The notes: generated by a model from the sequence alone, not told the origin. Counted from the first letter of the stretch, positions 8,247 through 19,228 are shown. The stretch: DNA of 64,000 nucleotides from Gemmatimonas sp. (GCA_031414535.1 JANNVQ010000010.1:1-64000); one strand, 5' to 3'. Numbers and translations are program-made.

Positions 8247-9068
8247 CTACGCCTGAGAGGCCCCAGTCGTTGCCTTGTTGGAACCCGTGGCGCTCGCCCG
8301 GACGCTGCGTACGAAGTTGAGACGGGAATAGTCGCCGAAACTCACCACGCCAAGCGAGTCCTCACGGCCGAGTACGCGGTCGCGGATTCTGATGTCATCC
8401 ATTCCCTTCCGCGCCAAGGCCTCGATTTCGCCCACCGTCCGCTCAATCCAGTCGGCTTTGGAGTTGAGCAATGATACGGGGTTCGGCAGCGGCCCTCGGT
8501 GCGCGTCAAACACACGTGCGGGATTCCAGCTCGCCACCTCGCGCAGGGTATCAATCTGCTGGCGCATGTCTTCATCATGATGTGCCACACGCACCTTCAT
8601 ACCCACGAAGAGATCGCCGCAGAACACTGTGTTGGTCTCGCTGTCCCAAACCACGTGGTGATCAGCGGAGTGCCCTCGTGCCGGCCGCAACTGAAAGCGC
8701 GAGGATTCAAAGGGCTTCAGCGCCGCCGTGAGCATGCGACGAGGCCCCCAGCAGAACCGGCGGTAGAAGCCCACCGCTTCGTGGGCGCGCAGGAGTGCTT
8801 CGGTGTCTGGGGCGGTGTGTACGGGAATCCCGTGCTTGGCGAATGCTGCCACGGCACCCGAATGATCCTCATGCGCGTGCGTGATGATGGCGCCCTGGAT
8901 GGGATTCGTGGCAATCCATTTGATCAGCGCAGGCGCCGTGTCAGGCGCGCCTGAATCGATGAGCACGCCATCGCAGACGAAGGCGCTCACGGCCATACTC
9001 GACACGCGACTCTTCCACGTGGAGAATCGCAGCTGCGTGACGTCGCCGTGCTGGAGCGGGGATATCAT
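8247..9068 (-). CDS. metallo-beta-lactamase fold hydrolase
   Basis: THAHEDH, GHSADH, FCGD, DAH motifs. Confidence 0.9.
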   Translation of the reverse strand: MISPLQHGDVTQLRFSTWKSRVSSMAVSAFVCDGVLIDSGAPDTAPALIKWIATNPIQGAIITHAHEDHSGAVAAFAKHGIPVHTAPDTEALLRAHEAVGFYRRFCWGPRRMLTAALKPFESSRFQLRPARGHSADHHVVWDSETNTVFCGDLFVGMKVRVAHHDEDMRQQIDTLREVASWNPARVFDAHRGPLPNPVSLLNSKADWIERTVGEIEALARKGMDDIRIRDRVLGREDSLGVVSFGDYSRLNFVRSVRASATGSNKATTGASQA

Positions 9069-9244
9069 ATAGAAAGAGAAAGCTAGCCTGCTGACCGACC
9101 TAGGCCGATTGCCCGCTAGCTCAAGAAAGTGTACCTTTCGTATCATCGTAGGACGCGAACGGCGCCCGGTCTTCAATGGTCGGGCGTCGCCTCTTTTTTT
9201 CGCCCCTTGTTACGCCAAGTCACACCAATCCCGAGGGCCGCCCC

Positions 9245-9715
9245 GTGATCGAGGCGCTCAAACAGAAGCTCACCGACGAAGCCGAAAAGCTTCGTTTTGA
9301 ACTGAACGTCACGCTCCCCAATGAGATTCGCAAAGCCGTCGAACTTGGCGACCTGCGCGAAAACTCGGAGTACAAGGCCGCCCTCGAACGCCAACAGTTC
9401 GTGCAGGCGCGCTTGGGCCAACTGACGTCGCGCTTGTCTAAGCTCTCGAGCATTGATGAGTCCCAAATTGCCAAGGACGCCGTGGGCATGGGCTCCAAGG
9501 TCACCGTTGAGGACGAGGCTTCCAAGGAGAAGGAGAACTACTACCTCATCTTCGGCGACGCAGAAGATTTCGAGGATGGGCAGGTGACCATGTCATCGCC
9601 GATCGGCCGCGCCTTGCTTGGCAAGAAGGTGGGCGAGGTGGCGCTGCTCAAGCTGCCGACGGGAGCGCGGAAGCTGAAGCTGATCAAGCTGAAGACGATT
9701 CACGACGGGGTTTGA
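9245..9715 (+). CDS. greA: transcription elongation factor GreA/GreB
   Basis: GDLRENSEY, SSPIGRALLGK; GTG start. Confidence 0.9.
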   Translation: MIEALKQKLTDEAEKLRFELNVTLPNEIRKAVELGDLRENSEYKAALERQQFVQARLGQLTSRLSKLSSIDESQIAKDAVGMGSKVTVEDEASKEKENYYLIFGDAEDFEDGQVTMSSPIGRALLGKKVGEVALLKLPTGARKLKLIKLKTIHDGV

Positions 9716-9730
9716 GGTCCGTCGTTCGTC

Positions 9731-10264
9731 TCAATCGTTGGTGACGGACCCAAGCGCCGAGTCGAGCACCGCCCGGAGCACCGGGTCCGTCGCCTTCACC
9801 GGTCCCATGTGCCGCCAGCGCAACACGCCCTCGCGGTCAATCAAGTAGGTGCTCGGCACCCCAATCGCGCGGAACGTGGTAGACACCTTGTCATCCGGAT
9901 CTAACCACAACGTGTAACTCGCGCCGAGATCTCGCGCGAAGCTCACAATTGCCACGGTATCCGTGATGACATCAATGCTCACGCCAGCCACGCGAAATCC
10001 ACGCGGCCCAAACTCACGGTGCAGCGAGTCGAGCGCAGGAATCTCCTGACGGCAGGGCTTGCACCAAGTGGCCCACACATTGAGCAGCACGACCTCGCCC
10101 TTCAAATCCGCGAGCGAAACGGGCGAGCCATCCATCTGCTGCGCGCTGTAGTCGGGCGCTGGCTGACCGATGGCAACCGTACTCGAAGCCCGAGCAGGTG
10201 CATCGCCCCCGCCACAGGCCGCCAACGCCGCAATAGCCATCACCGCGAAAGCTTGGCGCATCAC
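9731..10264 (-). CDS. TlpA/ResA-like thiol-disulfide oxidoreductase lipoprotein
   Basis: Lipobox LAAC, WATWCKPC. Confidence 0.9.
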   Translation of the reverse strand: MMRQAFAVMAIAALAACGGGDAPARASSTVAIGQPAPDYSAQQMDGSPVSLADLKGEVVLLNVWATWCKPCRQEIPALDSLHREFGPRGFRVAGVSIDVITDTVAIVSFARDLGASYTLWLDPDDKVSTTFRAIGVPSTYLIDREGVLRWRHMGPVKATDPVLRAVLDSALGSVTND

Positions 10265-11508
10265 TCGTTACGCCGATAGCTCGCCGACTTCACCACGCTC
10301 GGGTTGCCAGGTTCAGTCCACGCGAACAGCAAACCATCGCGCAGTCGTGCCATTCGTGGAAATCCACTGGAGCGGGCACCCATGGAGGAGCTTACCACCA
10401 GCGAGGAGTCACGAGTACCATCGCGCTGCACGCGGCGCAGTTTCACAAACGCCGAGTCACCTTCTCCACGCTCAAGCCAGCTCACATAGGCCGCGCCATC
10501 AACAAGCTGCAGTCCCACGCGCCCAGCCGGATTGCCGTTATCCACGCGCACCGGCGCTCCAAAGGTCGCGCCGGCATCATAGGAGAAGGCCACCTGCACC
10601 TTTGCTGTGTCGCGCGCGCCCGTGAACCAAGCCACGGCCACGGTGTCGCCGTAGGCCTGAACCATCGGCCCGTTCACAGGGCAGAAATCCACTTTCCAAT
10701 TGTCGGCGTGCACCGGCTGCGTCGCGGTCCACGCGCCATCTACGTAGCGTGAAATAGAGATATCGCGAATCTCTTCTTCGCTACGATCACGGAATACCAC
10801 GACGGGACCCTTAGTCGTCATCACGGCGCTGGTCTGGCAGCAATCGCAGACGCGATTGTCAATCACCTGCTTGCTCGCCGATTCCATGCTGGCATTCCAC
10901 ATGTTCGTCGAGATGCTCATCGGCACGCTGCCCTCACCACCCGTGCCACCGTGATTGTGACCGCCCGCCGGCGCCAAGTTGTTGCCGCCATCGAGGAAGA
11001 ACACCTGCGCGCCATTCACCGTGGGGAGAATGGACGCGAACCCATGCTCCGCTTCCACGCCCGCTGCATGCGGCGTGCGGGACTCAGCCCACGTCACGCC
11101 AGCATCGCTGGACTCGGACATCCGCACTTCGTAGGCGTAGCGTCCGTTGCCGTTGCGCTGCAACCAATGCGCCACGAGGCGGCCGTCGCCCAGCATCACG
11201 ACCGACGGGAAATCCGCCCAATTCACAAAGAGGTCGGCGCGGCGCAGCACCTCGCGCGTCTCACCCCAGGTTCCGTCCTCACCGCGGATGGCGAGGCGTA
11301 GTGCGTGTGAGGTGCTGTCCACGCGCTCGAGCCAACTCATCACTACGCGGCCATCAGGTGCGGAGTAGAGATTGGGCTCGCCAGAGCCTGGACCCGTTGG
11401 CGAGGGTGCCGCCGCCAGCGTGTACACGGGCGCGGATTCGGTGCCAGCACAGGCGGCGAGCAGAGCGAACTGCGTGAACAGCGCGAAGTGGCTGAGTAGT
11501 GTGCGCAT
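10261..11508 (-). CDS. BNR/sialidase-like beta-propeller lipoprotein
   Basis: Lipobox LAAC, Asp-boxes SSDAGVTW and SYDAGATF, CDCC and CPVNGP motifs. Confidence 0.8.
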   Translation of the reverse strand: MRTLLSHFALFTQFALLAACAGTESAPVYTLAAAPSPTGPGSGEPNLYSAPDGRVVMSWLERVDSTSHALRLAIRGEDGTWGETREVLRRADLFVNWADFPSVVMLGDGRLVAHWLQRNGNGRYAYEVRMSESSDAGVTWAESRTPHAAGVEAEHGFASILPTVNGAQVFFLDGGNNLAPAGGHNHGGTGGEGSVPMSISTNMWNASMESASKQVIDNRVCDCCQTSAVMTTKGPVVVFRDRSEEEIRDISISRYVDGAWTATQPVHADNWKVDFCPVNGPMVQAYGDTVAVAWFTGARDTAKVQVAFSYDAGATFGAPVRVDNGNPAGRVGLQLVDGAAYVSWLERGEGDSAFVKLRRVQRDGTRDSSLVVSSSMGARSSGFPRMARLRDGLLFAWTEPGNPSVVKSASYRRNE

Positions 11509-11509
11509 A

Positions 11510-13036
11510 TTATGGCGTAATGGTGAAAATGCGATCCAACGACTGCGTGTACTCACGCACAGCATTGTGAACTCCTGCATCGGTCCAGCCGAGCTTGGCG
11601 CCCATCCGTCGGGCAATCCGCGTAGCAACGCTGCGTCCTTGGTCCTTTAGCTCGAAGGCTAGGAAGGTACGGCGAATCATCACATCGGCAAGCGATTCGG
11701 CGTACTCCTGGCTGACTGCCTGGTCCACATCGGCCTCGCGCCAGCTGAGATCAGTAACAATACGCACATCCGAGCCGCCAGGTGCAGGGCGTTCGCCCGG
11801 TAACGCGGCATCGGCGGTGTCACAGGACCTCGCGTTCATGCCCAAGCGCTTGAGAGCCGCATTGACGATTTGCTCCGCCTGCGCGCGGTAGGTGGTAAGC
11901 TTGCCGCCTGTGGCGACGAGTACCCCGCGCTTGCTGATGTGTACCGCGTGTTCACGCGAGGCGCTGGCGGGATCCCCGCTGTTGCCCGCCGCCACGAGCG
12001 GACGGATGCCGGCCCACGCAGACACCACATCCGATTCATCCAGCTTCGCGTCCGGGAAAAAATGATTGCAGGCATTGAGCAAGTAGCGCACGTCGGCGCG
12101 CGAGGCGCGTACGCTTGCCGGGTGTTCAGTCGTCGGAGTATCCGTGGTACCGATGATGGTATGCCCACCGCTCGCGGGCAATGTGAACATCACGCGGCCG
12201 TCGTCGGGAGAGGTCATGGTGACGGCCGAGACGTTGCCCACGCGCGAAGCGGGCACGGCAATGTGCACGCCCTTGGTACCACGCACGGCCGGGCCGGCGT
12301 TCGCATCCTCGAGCCGCGCAATCTCATCGGTCCACGGGCCGCTACAGCTCAGTACGAGGCGAGCGCGCACGTGTATGTCGTGCCCGCCAAGCTGATCCGC
12401 AATCATCACGCCGTCCGCCGAGCCGCTTGGGGTGGAGTACGTGAGCTGCGTGACCGGCGCGTGATTCATCACCACCGCACCGTGTGCGGCGGCATCCATC
12501 ACGTTGGCCAGCGTGAGTCGGGAATCATCGGTAGATGCGTCCCAGTAAGTGGCGCCGCCGAGTAACTGATCGCGCGCCAGCATGGGCTCGGTCTCCAGAA
12601 TCTGCGGGGCGCTCATGCGGCGATGGCGGCCCACGTTGCGGAACGTCGCCAGCGCATCGTACATGGTGAGCGCGGCGGCCAACTGCCAGCGCTTGACGCG
12701 TGCGCCGCGGTACACGGGCCAAGTGAACTGCAGCGGACGCACGAGATGCGGCGCGTTTTGGAGCAGCCGTCGGCGCTCTCGGCTGGATTCCCACACCAGA
12801 TGCAGGTACCCGTGCTCCAAGTAGCGCACGCCGCCATGAATCAGTCGCGACGAGCGGCTGGAGGTACCCGCGGCAAAGTCCTCGGCCTCAACCAACGCCA
12901 CCTTGAGCCCGCGCCGAGCGGCGTCCCGGGCCACGCCGGCTCCGGTGATCCCGCCGCCGATGACGACGATGTCAAAGCGCTCCTCCCCCAAGCTGGCCAG
13001 TCGCTGAGCTCGGCGCGGGGGGCGGGGAATAGGCAT
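11510..13036 (-). CDS. glpD: FAD-dependent glycerol-3-phosphate dehydrogenase
   Basis: GGGITG, GTSSRSSRLIHGGVRYL, GGKLTTYR. Confidence 0.9.
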   Translation of the reverse strand: MPIPRPPRRAQRLASLGEERFDIVVIGGGITGAGVARDAARRGLKVALVEAEDFAAGTSSRSSRLIHGGVRYLEHGYLHLVWESSRERRRLLQNAPHLVRPLQFTWPVYRGARVKRWQLAAALTMYDALATFRNVGRHRRMSAPQILETEPMLARDQLLGGATYWDASTDDSRLTLANVMDAAAHGAVVMNHAPVTQLTYSTPSGSADGVMIADQLGGHDIHVRARLVLSCSGPWTDEIARLEDANAGPAVRGTKGVHIAVPASRVGNVSAVTMTSPDDGRVMFTLPASGGHTIIGTTDTPTTEHPASVRASRADVRYLLNACNHFFPDAKLDESDVVSAWAGIRPLVAAGNSGDPASASREHAVHISKRGVLVATGGKLTTYRAQAEQIVNAALKRLGMNARSCDTADAALPGERPAPGGSDVRIVTDLSWREADVDQAVSQEYAESLADVMIRRTFLAFELKDQGRSVATRIARRMGAKLGWTDAGVHNAVREYTQSLDRIFTITP

Positions 13037-13133
13037 CCAAAGGAGGATACCGCCCCGGACCCCCTCCTGCATAGCGTCCCCGCGGGGCGTCCCGCGCTCG
13101 GCGCGAGAGGGCCTCCCCGCCTACCTTTATAGG

Positions 13134-14426
13134 ATGCCTATCTATGAGCCGGGGCGGCGCGTCGCGATTATCGCTGGCGTCCGAACCCCATTCGCCAAGG
13201 CCGGCACCACCCTACGGGCGTTGAGCGCAATCGAGCTTGGCAAGATTGCCGTCAGCGAGCTGGTGCACCGGACCAATCTGGACCCCAAGACCCTCGACCT
13301 GCTGGTCTTCGGCACGGTCATCCCCAACGTCGTCGCTCCCAACATCGCGCGCGAGATTGCGCTGATGCCGCTGCTGCCAAAGGGCGTGGATGCGTTCTCG
13401 GTGTCGCGCGCCTGCGCCTCGGCAAACCAGGCCATCACGGACGCGGCCGATCAGATTGCGCTCGGCCACGCGGATATCGCGATTGCCGGTGGGTCAGAGT
13501 CGCTCTCCACAGTGCCGATCCTACACTCGCGCGGGTTCTCCGACACGCTGGTGGCGGCCTCAAAAGCCAAGACCATCGGCCAGCGCGTGCAGGCCTTCAG
13601 CAAGCTGCGCGGCAAGGACTTCATTCCCATCACGCCGGCTATCGCCGAGCCGACGACGGGTGAGTCCATGGGTCAAAGCGCCGAGAAGATGGCGAAGATC
13701 AACGGCATCACGCGAGAGGCGCAGGATGAGCTCACGCTGGCCTCGCACATGAATGCGGCCAAGGGCACCAAGGATGGCCGTCTCACCGCCGAGATTGTGC
13801 CGGTGGTTGCGGGGCCCAAGTACGAAGCCGTGACTGATGACAACATCATTCGCCCGGACACCACGCTCGAAGCGCTTGCTGCGCTGCGGCCGGTATTTGA
13901 TAAGCGCTACGGCAGCATCACGGCTGGCAACGCGTCGCCGCTTACGGATGGTGCGGCGGCTGTGCTCCTGATGCGCGAAGACGTTGCCAAGGCGCTGGGG
14001 TTCACGCCCACGGCCTACATCCGCTCGTACGCGTACGCGGCCTTGGATCCCGGCGAGCAGCTGTTGCAGGCGCCGGTGCTCGCGGCGCCCAAGGCGCTCC
14101 AGCGCGCCGGGCTCACACTCAAGGACATGGATCTCGTGGAGATGCACGAGGCGTTTGCGGCGCAGGTGCTGAGCAACTTGAAGGGCTTTGAGTCCAAGGA
14201 ATGGGCCGCGCGCGCCGGTTTGAGCGCGCCGCTCGGCGAAGTGGACAGAGCCAAGTTGAACGTGATGGGCGGCTCGGTGAGCATTGGCCATCCGTTTGGG
14301 GCCACGGGTGCGCGCATCACGACGACGCTGGTGAACGAGCTCGCACGCCGCGGCGGGCAGTTTGGTCTGATGACCGTCTGCGCCGCAGGCGGGCTGGGCT
14401 TCTCGATGGTGGTGGAGCGCGCATGA
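13134..14426 (+). CDS. fadI: acetyl-CoA C-acyltransferase (thiolase)
   Basis: SRACAS, HEAFA, GHPFGATG, CAAGG; coupled to fadJ. Confidence 0.92.
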   Translation: MPIYEPGRRVAIIAGVRTPFAKAGTTLRALSAIELGKIAVSELVHRTNLDPKTLDLLVFGTVIPNVVAPNIAREIALMPLLPKGVDAFSVSRACASANQAITDAADQIALGHADIAIAGGSESLSTVPILHSRGFSDTLVAASKAKTIGQRVQAFSKLRGKDFIPITPAIAEPTTGESMGQSAEKMAKINGITREAQDELTLASHMNAAKGTKDGRLTAEIVPVVAGPKYEAVTDDNIIRPDTTLEALAALRPVFDKRYGSITAGNASPLTDGAAAVLLMREDVAKALGFTPTAYIRSYAYAALDPGEQLLQAPVLAAPKALQRAGLTLKDMDLVEMHEAFAAQVLSNLKGFESKEWAARAGLSAPLGEVDRAKLNVMGGSVSIGHPFGATGARITTTLVNELARRGGQFGLMTVCAAGGLGFSMVVERA

Positions 14427-16576
14427 GCAAGGCCCTCACGCTGGAGATGGTGGACGGCATTGCCGTACTCACCTTCGACCTCAAGAACGAGAGTATCAAC
14501 AAGTTTTCGCCGGCGGTGATCGAAGAGTTCACGGCGATGATTGAGCAGCTCGATAAGGACACGTCCGTGAAGGGTGCGGTGCTGATCAGCGGAAAGCCCG
14601 GCACTTTCATCGCTGGCGCCGACATCGATCAGTTCCTTGAGTTCAAGACGGCCAAGGATGCCCAGACGGCTTCCGCGTTTGGCCACGCAATGATGACGCG
14701 TATCGAAAAGGGCCGCGTGCCAGTGGTGGCGGCCATCGAAGGCGCCTGCCTAGGCGGCGGACTCGAGTTCGCACTCGCCTGCGCGTATCGCATCGCAGCG
14801 GATACGCCCAAGACCGTACTCGCGCTTCCCGAGGTGCAACTCGGGTTGATTCCTGGCGCCGGTGGCACGCAGCGACTGCCGCGGCGCGTCGGTTTGCAGG
14901 TAGCGCTGGACATGATTCTCACCGGCAAGAATGTGCGCGCCAAGAAGGCGCTGCAGACGGCGTTGGTGGATGAACTGGTGCACCCGAGCATCCTGCGCAG
15001 CGTAGCCATTCAGCGCGCCAAGGAACTCGCCGCCGGCAGCATTCAGCGCAACGAGGATGACCGCAAGCACGGCGCCAAAGAAATCTTGCTCGATGATAAC
15101 CCCATTGGTCGTACGGTTGTGTTCCGTCAGGCTCGCGAGATGACGCAGAAGAAGTCCAAGGGGCATTATCCGGCGCTCTTCGCGGCGATTGATGCCGTGC
15201 AGGCCAGCTTCTCGGGCACGCCAGAGCAGGGCTTCGCCGAAGAAGCACGCCTGTTTGGTGAGATGGCCATGACCTCCGTGTGCAAGGAGCTCATGTTCCT
15301 CTTCTACGCCACCACCTCACTCAAGAAGGACGCCGGCATCGGTGCCGACGTGCAGCCGCGCAAGATTGATCGCATCGCTGTGCTCGGGACTGGCTTCATG
15401 GGTGCGGGTATCGCCAGCATCACCGTTCCGCAGGGTGTGCCGGTGCGCTTCAAGGACACGGCACCCGCACAAGTTGCCAAGGGCATCGCTGCCGTGCGCG
15501 ACGTGCTGAAGGACAAACTCATCAAGCGTCAGGTCACGCGTCAGCAGTTTGACGACCAGATGTCGCTGGTGTCTGGCACCACGGAGTACACGGGCTTCGC
15601 AAGACTGCCGATGGTGATTGAGGCGGTGTTCGAAGACCTCAGCGTGAAGCACAAGGTGATCGCCGAGGCAGAGGCCGTGTTGCCTCCCGACGCCATCTTC
15701 GCCACCAACACGAGCACCATTCCTATCACCAAGATTGCGGCTGGCAGCAAGCGCCCCGCGCAGGTGATTGGCATGCACTTCTTCTCACCCGTGCACAAAA
15801 TGCCGCTGCTCGAGGTCATCGTCACGCCGCAAACCGCGCCGGAAGTTACGGCTACGGTGGTGGACTTCGGCCGGAAGATTGGCAAGACGGTGATCATCGT
15901 GAACGATGCGCCTGGCTTCTATGTGAACCGCATCCTCGCGCCGTACGTGAACGAAGCGGGCCTGCTGCTCGACGAAGGCGTGGCAATTGACGCGATTGAC
16001 AAGGCGATGGGGCAGTTTGGATTCCCCGTTGGCCCCATCAACCTCATTGATGAAGTGGGCCTCGACATCGCCGGCAAGAGTGGCGGCATCATGGCCGAAG
16101 CCTTCGGTGGCCGCATGACGCCAAGCACTGCGCTGCAGAAGGTGCTCAGCGCGGGTCGCCTAGGCCGCAAGGGCAAGAGCGGCTTCTACACGTATGATGA
16201 GAAGGGCAAACGCGGCGATGTGGATGAGAGCGTGTACCAGCTCTACGCTGGCGGGACGAAGCGCATTACCGTTGAGCGCTCGGACATCCAGCGCCGGCTG
16301 TCACTCGCGATGGTGAACGAGGCGGCGCGTTGCTTGGAAGAGGGCATCATCAAGTCCGCGCGCGACGGCGACATCGGCGCGGTATTCGGCATTGGCTTCC
16401 CGCCCTTCCGCGGCGGCCCCTTCCGCCACATGGATGCCGTGGGCCTCGCAGAAGTGGTGAAGCAGTTGGAAGCGCTCAATGCCAAGAACCCGGGGCGATT
16501 TGTCCCGGCGAAAATTCTTGTTGAGATGGCGCGCGATGGGAAGCGGTTTTATCCGGCGGCAGGGAAGCCTGTTTAG
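14423..16576 (+). CDS. fadJ: fatty acid oxidation complex alpha subunit
   Basis: Enoyl-CoA hydratase (FIAGADI, GGGLE, PEVQLG) plus 3-hydroxyacyl-CoA dehydrogenase (GTGFMG, GMHFFSP). Confidence 0.92.
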   Translation: MSKALTLEMVDGIAVLTFDLKNESINKFSPAVIEEFTAMIEQLDKDTSVKGAVLISGKPGTFIAGADIDQFLEFKTAKDAQTASAFGHAMMTRIEKGRVPVVAAIEGACLGGGLEFALACAYRIAADTPKTVLALPEVQLGLIPGAGGTQRLPRRVGLQVALDMILTGKNVRAKKALQTALVDELVHPSILRSVAIQRAKELAAGSIQRNEDDRKHGAKEILLDDNPIGRTVVFRQAREMTQKKSKGHYPALFAAIDAVQASFSGTPEQGFAEEARLFGEMAMTSVCKELMFLFYATTSLKKDAGIGADVQPRKIDRIAVLGTGFMGAGIASITVPQGVPVRFKDTAPAQVAKGIAAVRDVLKDKLIKRQVTRQQFDDQMSLVSGTTEYTGFARLPMVIEAVFEDLSVKHKVIAEAEAVLPPDAIFATNTSTIPITKIAAGSKRPAQVIGMHFFSPVHKMPLLEVIVTPQTAPEVTATVVDFGRKIGKTVIIVNDAPGFYVNRILAPYVNEAGLLLDEGVAIDAIDKAMGQFGFPVGPINLIDEVGLDIAGKSGGIMAEAFGGRMTPSTALQKVLSAGRLGRKGKSGFYTYDEKGKRGDVDESVYQLYAGGTKRITVERSDIQRRLSLAMVNEAARCLEEGIIKSARDGDIGAVFGIGFPPFRGGPFRHMDAVGLAEVVKQLEALNAKNPGRFVPAKILVEMARDGKRFYPAAGKPV

Positions 16577-16682
16577 GACGGATGACGGATGCTCACTACA
16601 CAACTCTTAGGTTGATGCGCTCACACTTGCTGCAGATTGTGGTTGCGGTAGCCGTTCTGCTTCCGTCATCCGTCATCCGTCC
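16576..16682. repeat. heptamer palindromic repeat pair; the right arm lies in the M14 signal peptide
   Basis: GGACGGATGACGGATGC (16576-16592) ... GCTTCCGTCATCCGTCATCCGTCC (16659-16682). Confidence 0.85.
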
Positions 16683-18252
16683 AGTTTCCGCTCAGCAGAC
16701 CCGCGCCGAACGCAGCGCCTACGCCGAGACCTCAACTCACGCCGATGTCGTGAGCTTCCTTGACTCGCTCGAGAAGGCCTACCCCAATGCCTTCGTGCGC
16801 GGCAGCATCGGCACCTCCAATCAGGGGCGCGTGCTGCCTTACCTGCTGCTCTCGCGGCCGTTGGTTCGTACGGCCGGCGAGGCGCGCGCAACGGGGAAGC
16901 CCATCGTCTATGTGCAGGGCAACATTCACGGCGGCGAGGTTGAAGGCAAAGAGGCCATGCAGGCGCTGGTGCGTGAACTGCTCGCGGACCGTCGTGCCAA
17001 CGTCCTTGACTCCATTGTGCTCGTCGTCGTGCCCATCTACAACGCCGACGGCAACGAGGCCTTTGGCCCGCAGGAACGTCTGCGCGGCGCGCAGAACGGA
17101 CCGCAGTCGGTAGGCAATCGGCCCAATGCGCAGAACCTCGATCTGAATCGCGACTACATCAAAGCTGAGGCGCCAGAGACCCAAGGCGCGCTGCGGATGT
17201 TCGCCACCTGGGATCCCGATGTGTTCGTGGACCTGCACACCACCAACGGCTCCTATCACGGCTACGCGCTTACCTACTCGCCTTCGCTGCATCCTGGCGC
17301 CATGGACGCGGCGCTCGCACCGGCTGGTCCTTGGACTCGAGACACGCTGCTTCCGCTACTGCGCGAACGTATGCGCTCGCGTCACAAGCTTGAGACCTTC
17401 GATTACGGCAATTTCCGCGGCCGCGACGAACTCAGCTCCACGCAGAAGTCAGCGTGGGAGACTTACGAGCACGTGCCGCGCTTCGGCACTAACTACTACG
17501 GTCTGCGCAATCGAGTGAGCGTGCTCAGCGAGGCCTACTCGCACGATCCGCTTGAGCGCCGCGTGATGGCCACCAAGCTCTATGTGCACGAGTTGCTCAG
17601 TGCGGTGGCCGAGCATCGGGGCACGGTGATTGCGCGCACGCGGAACGCGCCAGCGCCGCGCGCGAACGCGGCGGTGCCCGTGCGCTCGCAGATGACGACG
17701 AGCCCGTTCAACGCGCCAGTACTTGTTGAAGCCCTCATCGCGACTGGGGATTCCATTCGCTACGAGCCCGGCCTGCGGCGCGGCTTTCGTCGTTCCAATG
17801 TGTTCACGGCAGTGACGATGCCGATCTACGACCGCTTCGAGGCCAAGCTCACGCGGCCACTCCCGACGGGCTGGGCCGTGCCCGTCACCGCGACCAAGCT
17901 CATTGAGCGCCTCGCGCTGCACGGCATTCCCCTCACCGAACTGCGTGGCCGTGTGCGCGTCGCCGGTGAGAGCTTTACCGTTGATTCCATCGTGACGGCG
18001 CCTCGACCCTTCCAAGGCCATCAGGAAGTACGCCTCGAAGGACGCTGGACCCGCAGCACTCTGAACCTCGGTGCCGGCGCCTACTACATTGTCCGCGCCA
18101 ACGACAAGCACGCCCTCCTCGCCGCCATCCTGCTCGAACCCGAGAGTGATGACGGACTCACTACCTGGAACTTCCTCGACGAGCAGCTCGTTCTCGGCGG
18201 AGCCCATCCGGTGCGTCGCATCCTCGGCGTACTCCCCAACTCGCTGCGGTAG
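16615..18252 (+). CDS. secreted M14 zinc carboxypeptidase
   Basis: IHGGEVEG, LNRD, DLHTTNG. Confidence 0.88.
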   Translation: MRSHLLQIVVAVAVLLPSSVIRPVSAQQTRAERSAYAETSTHADVVSFLDSLEKAYPNAFVRGSIGTSNQGRVLPYLLLSRPLVRTAGEARATGKPIVYVQGNIHGGEVEGKEAMQALVRELLADRRANVLDSIVLVVVPIYNADGNEAFGPQERLRGAQNGPQSVGNRPNAQNLDLNRDYIKAEAPETQGALRMFATWDPDVFVDLHTTNGSYHGYALTYSPSLHPGAMDAALAPAGPWTRDTLLPLLRERMRSRHKLETFDYGNFRGRDELSSTQKSAWETYEHVPRFGTNYYGLRNRVSVLSEAYSHDPLERRVMATKLYVHELLSAVAEHRGTVIARTRNAPAPRANAAVPVRSQMTTSPFNAPVLVEALIATGDSIRYEPGLRRGFRRSNVFTAVTMPIYDRFEAKLTRPLPTGWAVPVTATKLIERLALHGIPLTELRGRVRVAGESFTVDSIVTAPRPFQGHQEVRLEGRWTRSTLNLGAGAYYIVRANDKHALLAAILLEPESDDGLTTWNFLDEQLVLGGAHPVRRILGVLPNSLR

Positions 18253-18276
18253 GCGAGCCTTTCCATACCATCCCTG

Positions 18277-19209
18277 ATGCTTCGCAATACGCTGCTCTAT
18301 CTCTCGCACCAGCCGCAGATCTTTCGCTTTGTTCGCAACAATGCGCTTGCCAAAAAGTTTGCCTCCCGCTTCGTGGCTGGCGAAACGCTTGGCACCGCTT
18401 GCGATGCCGTCGCTGAACTGAAGGCCAAGGGCATCTCCGCTTCGCTCGACCTGCTCGGCGAATCCGTCAGCAATGAAGCCGAGGCTCGTGAGACTGCCAA
18501 GCAGTATTTGGCGCTCATTGATGAGATGCAGCGTCGCGGCCTCGAGGTAAATGTCTCGGTAAAGCTCACGGCACTCGGGCAGGACATCAGCGACGCGCTC
18601 TGCGAAGAGAACATCCGCGCCATCCTCGCCAAGGTGAAGGGCTACGGCGGATTCGTGCGCTTGGATATGGAAGGCTCGCCGTACACGCAGCGCACCATCG
18701 ATTTCTTCAGCACGCGCCTCTACCCCGAGTATCCCGACACCGTGGGCATCGTGCTGCAGAGCGCGCTGCGCCGCACGCTCGACGATGTGGAGTGGAGCAT
18801 CGCGCAGCAGTGCCGCGTGCGCATCTGCAAGGGCGCGTATCTCGAGCCAGCCGCGGTGGCCTTTCCCGAGAAGAAGGATGTGGATGCCACCTACGTGATG
18901 GCCATGCACCGCCTGATGGAGCGCGGTCGCTACGTTGGCATCGCCACGCACGACGAGGTGATTATCGCCGACGCGGTGCGCTTCGCTAAGGAGAAGGGCA
19001 TTGCCGCCGATCGCTTTGAGTTCCAGATGCTTTACGGCGTGCGTCGCGACCTTCAAGAGAAGCTGGTGAAGGACGGCTGGCGTGTGCGTTGCTACGTGCC
19101 GTTTGGAACGCAGTGGTATCCCTACTTGATGCGCCGCCTTGCGGAGCGTCCGGCCAATCTCGCCTTCATCACGGGTAACGTGGTGAAGGAAATGATGAAG
19201 GGCCGCTGA
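18277..19209 (+). CDS. monofunctional proline dehydrogenase
   Basis: SRFVAGE, RLDME, RICKGAY, IATHD, FQMLYG, RRLAERPAN. Confidence 0.92.
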   Translation: MLRNTLLYLSHQPQIFRFVRNNALAKKFASRFVAGETLGTACDAVAELKAKGISASLDLLGESVSNEAEARETAKQYLALIDEMQRRGLEVNVSVKLTALGQDISDALCEENIRAILAKVKGYGGFVRLDMEGSPYTQRTIDFFSTRLYPEYPDTVGIVLQSALRRTLDDVEWSIAQQCRVRICKGAYLEPAAVAFPEKKDVDATYVMAMHRLMERGRYVGIATHDEVIIADAVRFAKEKGIAADRFEFQMLYGVRRDLQEKLVKDGWRVRCYVPFGTQWYPYLMRRLAERPANLAFITGNVVKEMMKGR

Positions 19210-19228
19210 TGCCGATGGCGGGTCGCCG

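Noticed and set aside
14201..14422. Longer fadJ start from the ORF track
   Set aside because: It overlaps fadI. The ATGA-coupled start at 14423 fits homolog length.
17449..19056. 535-aa minus-strand ORF
   Set aside because: Antisense to well-supported M14 peptidase and proline dehydrogenase genes; typical high-GC shadow ORF.
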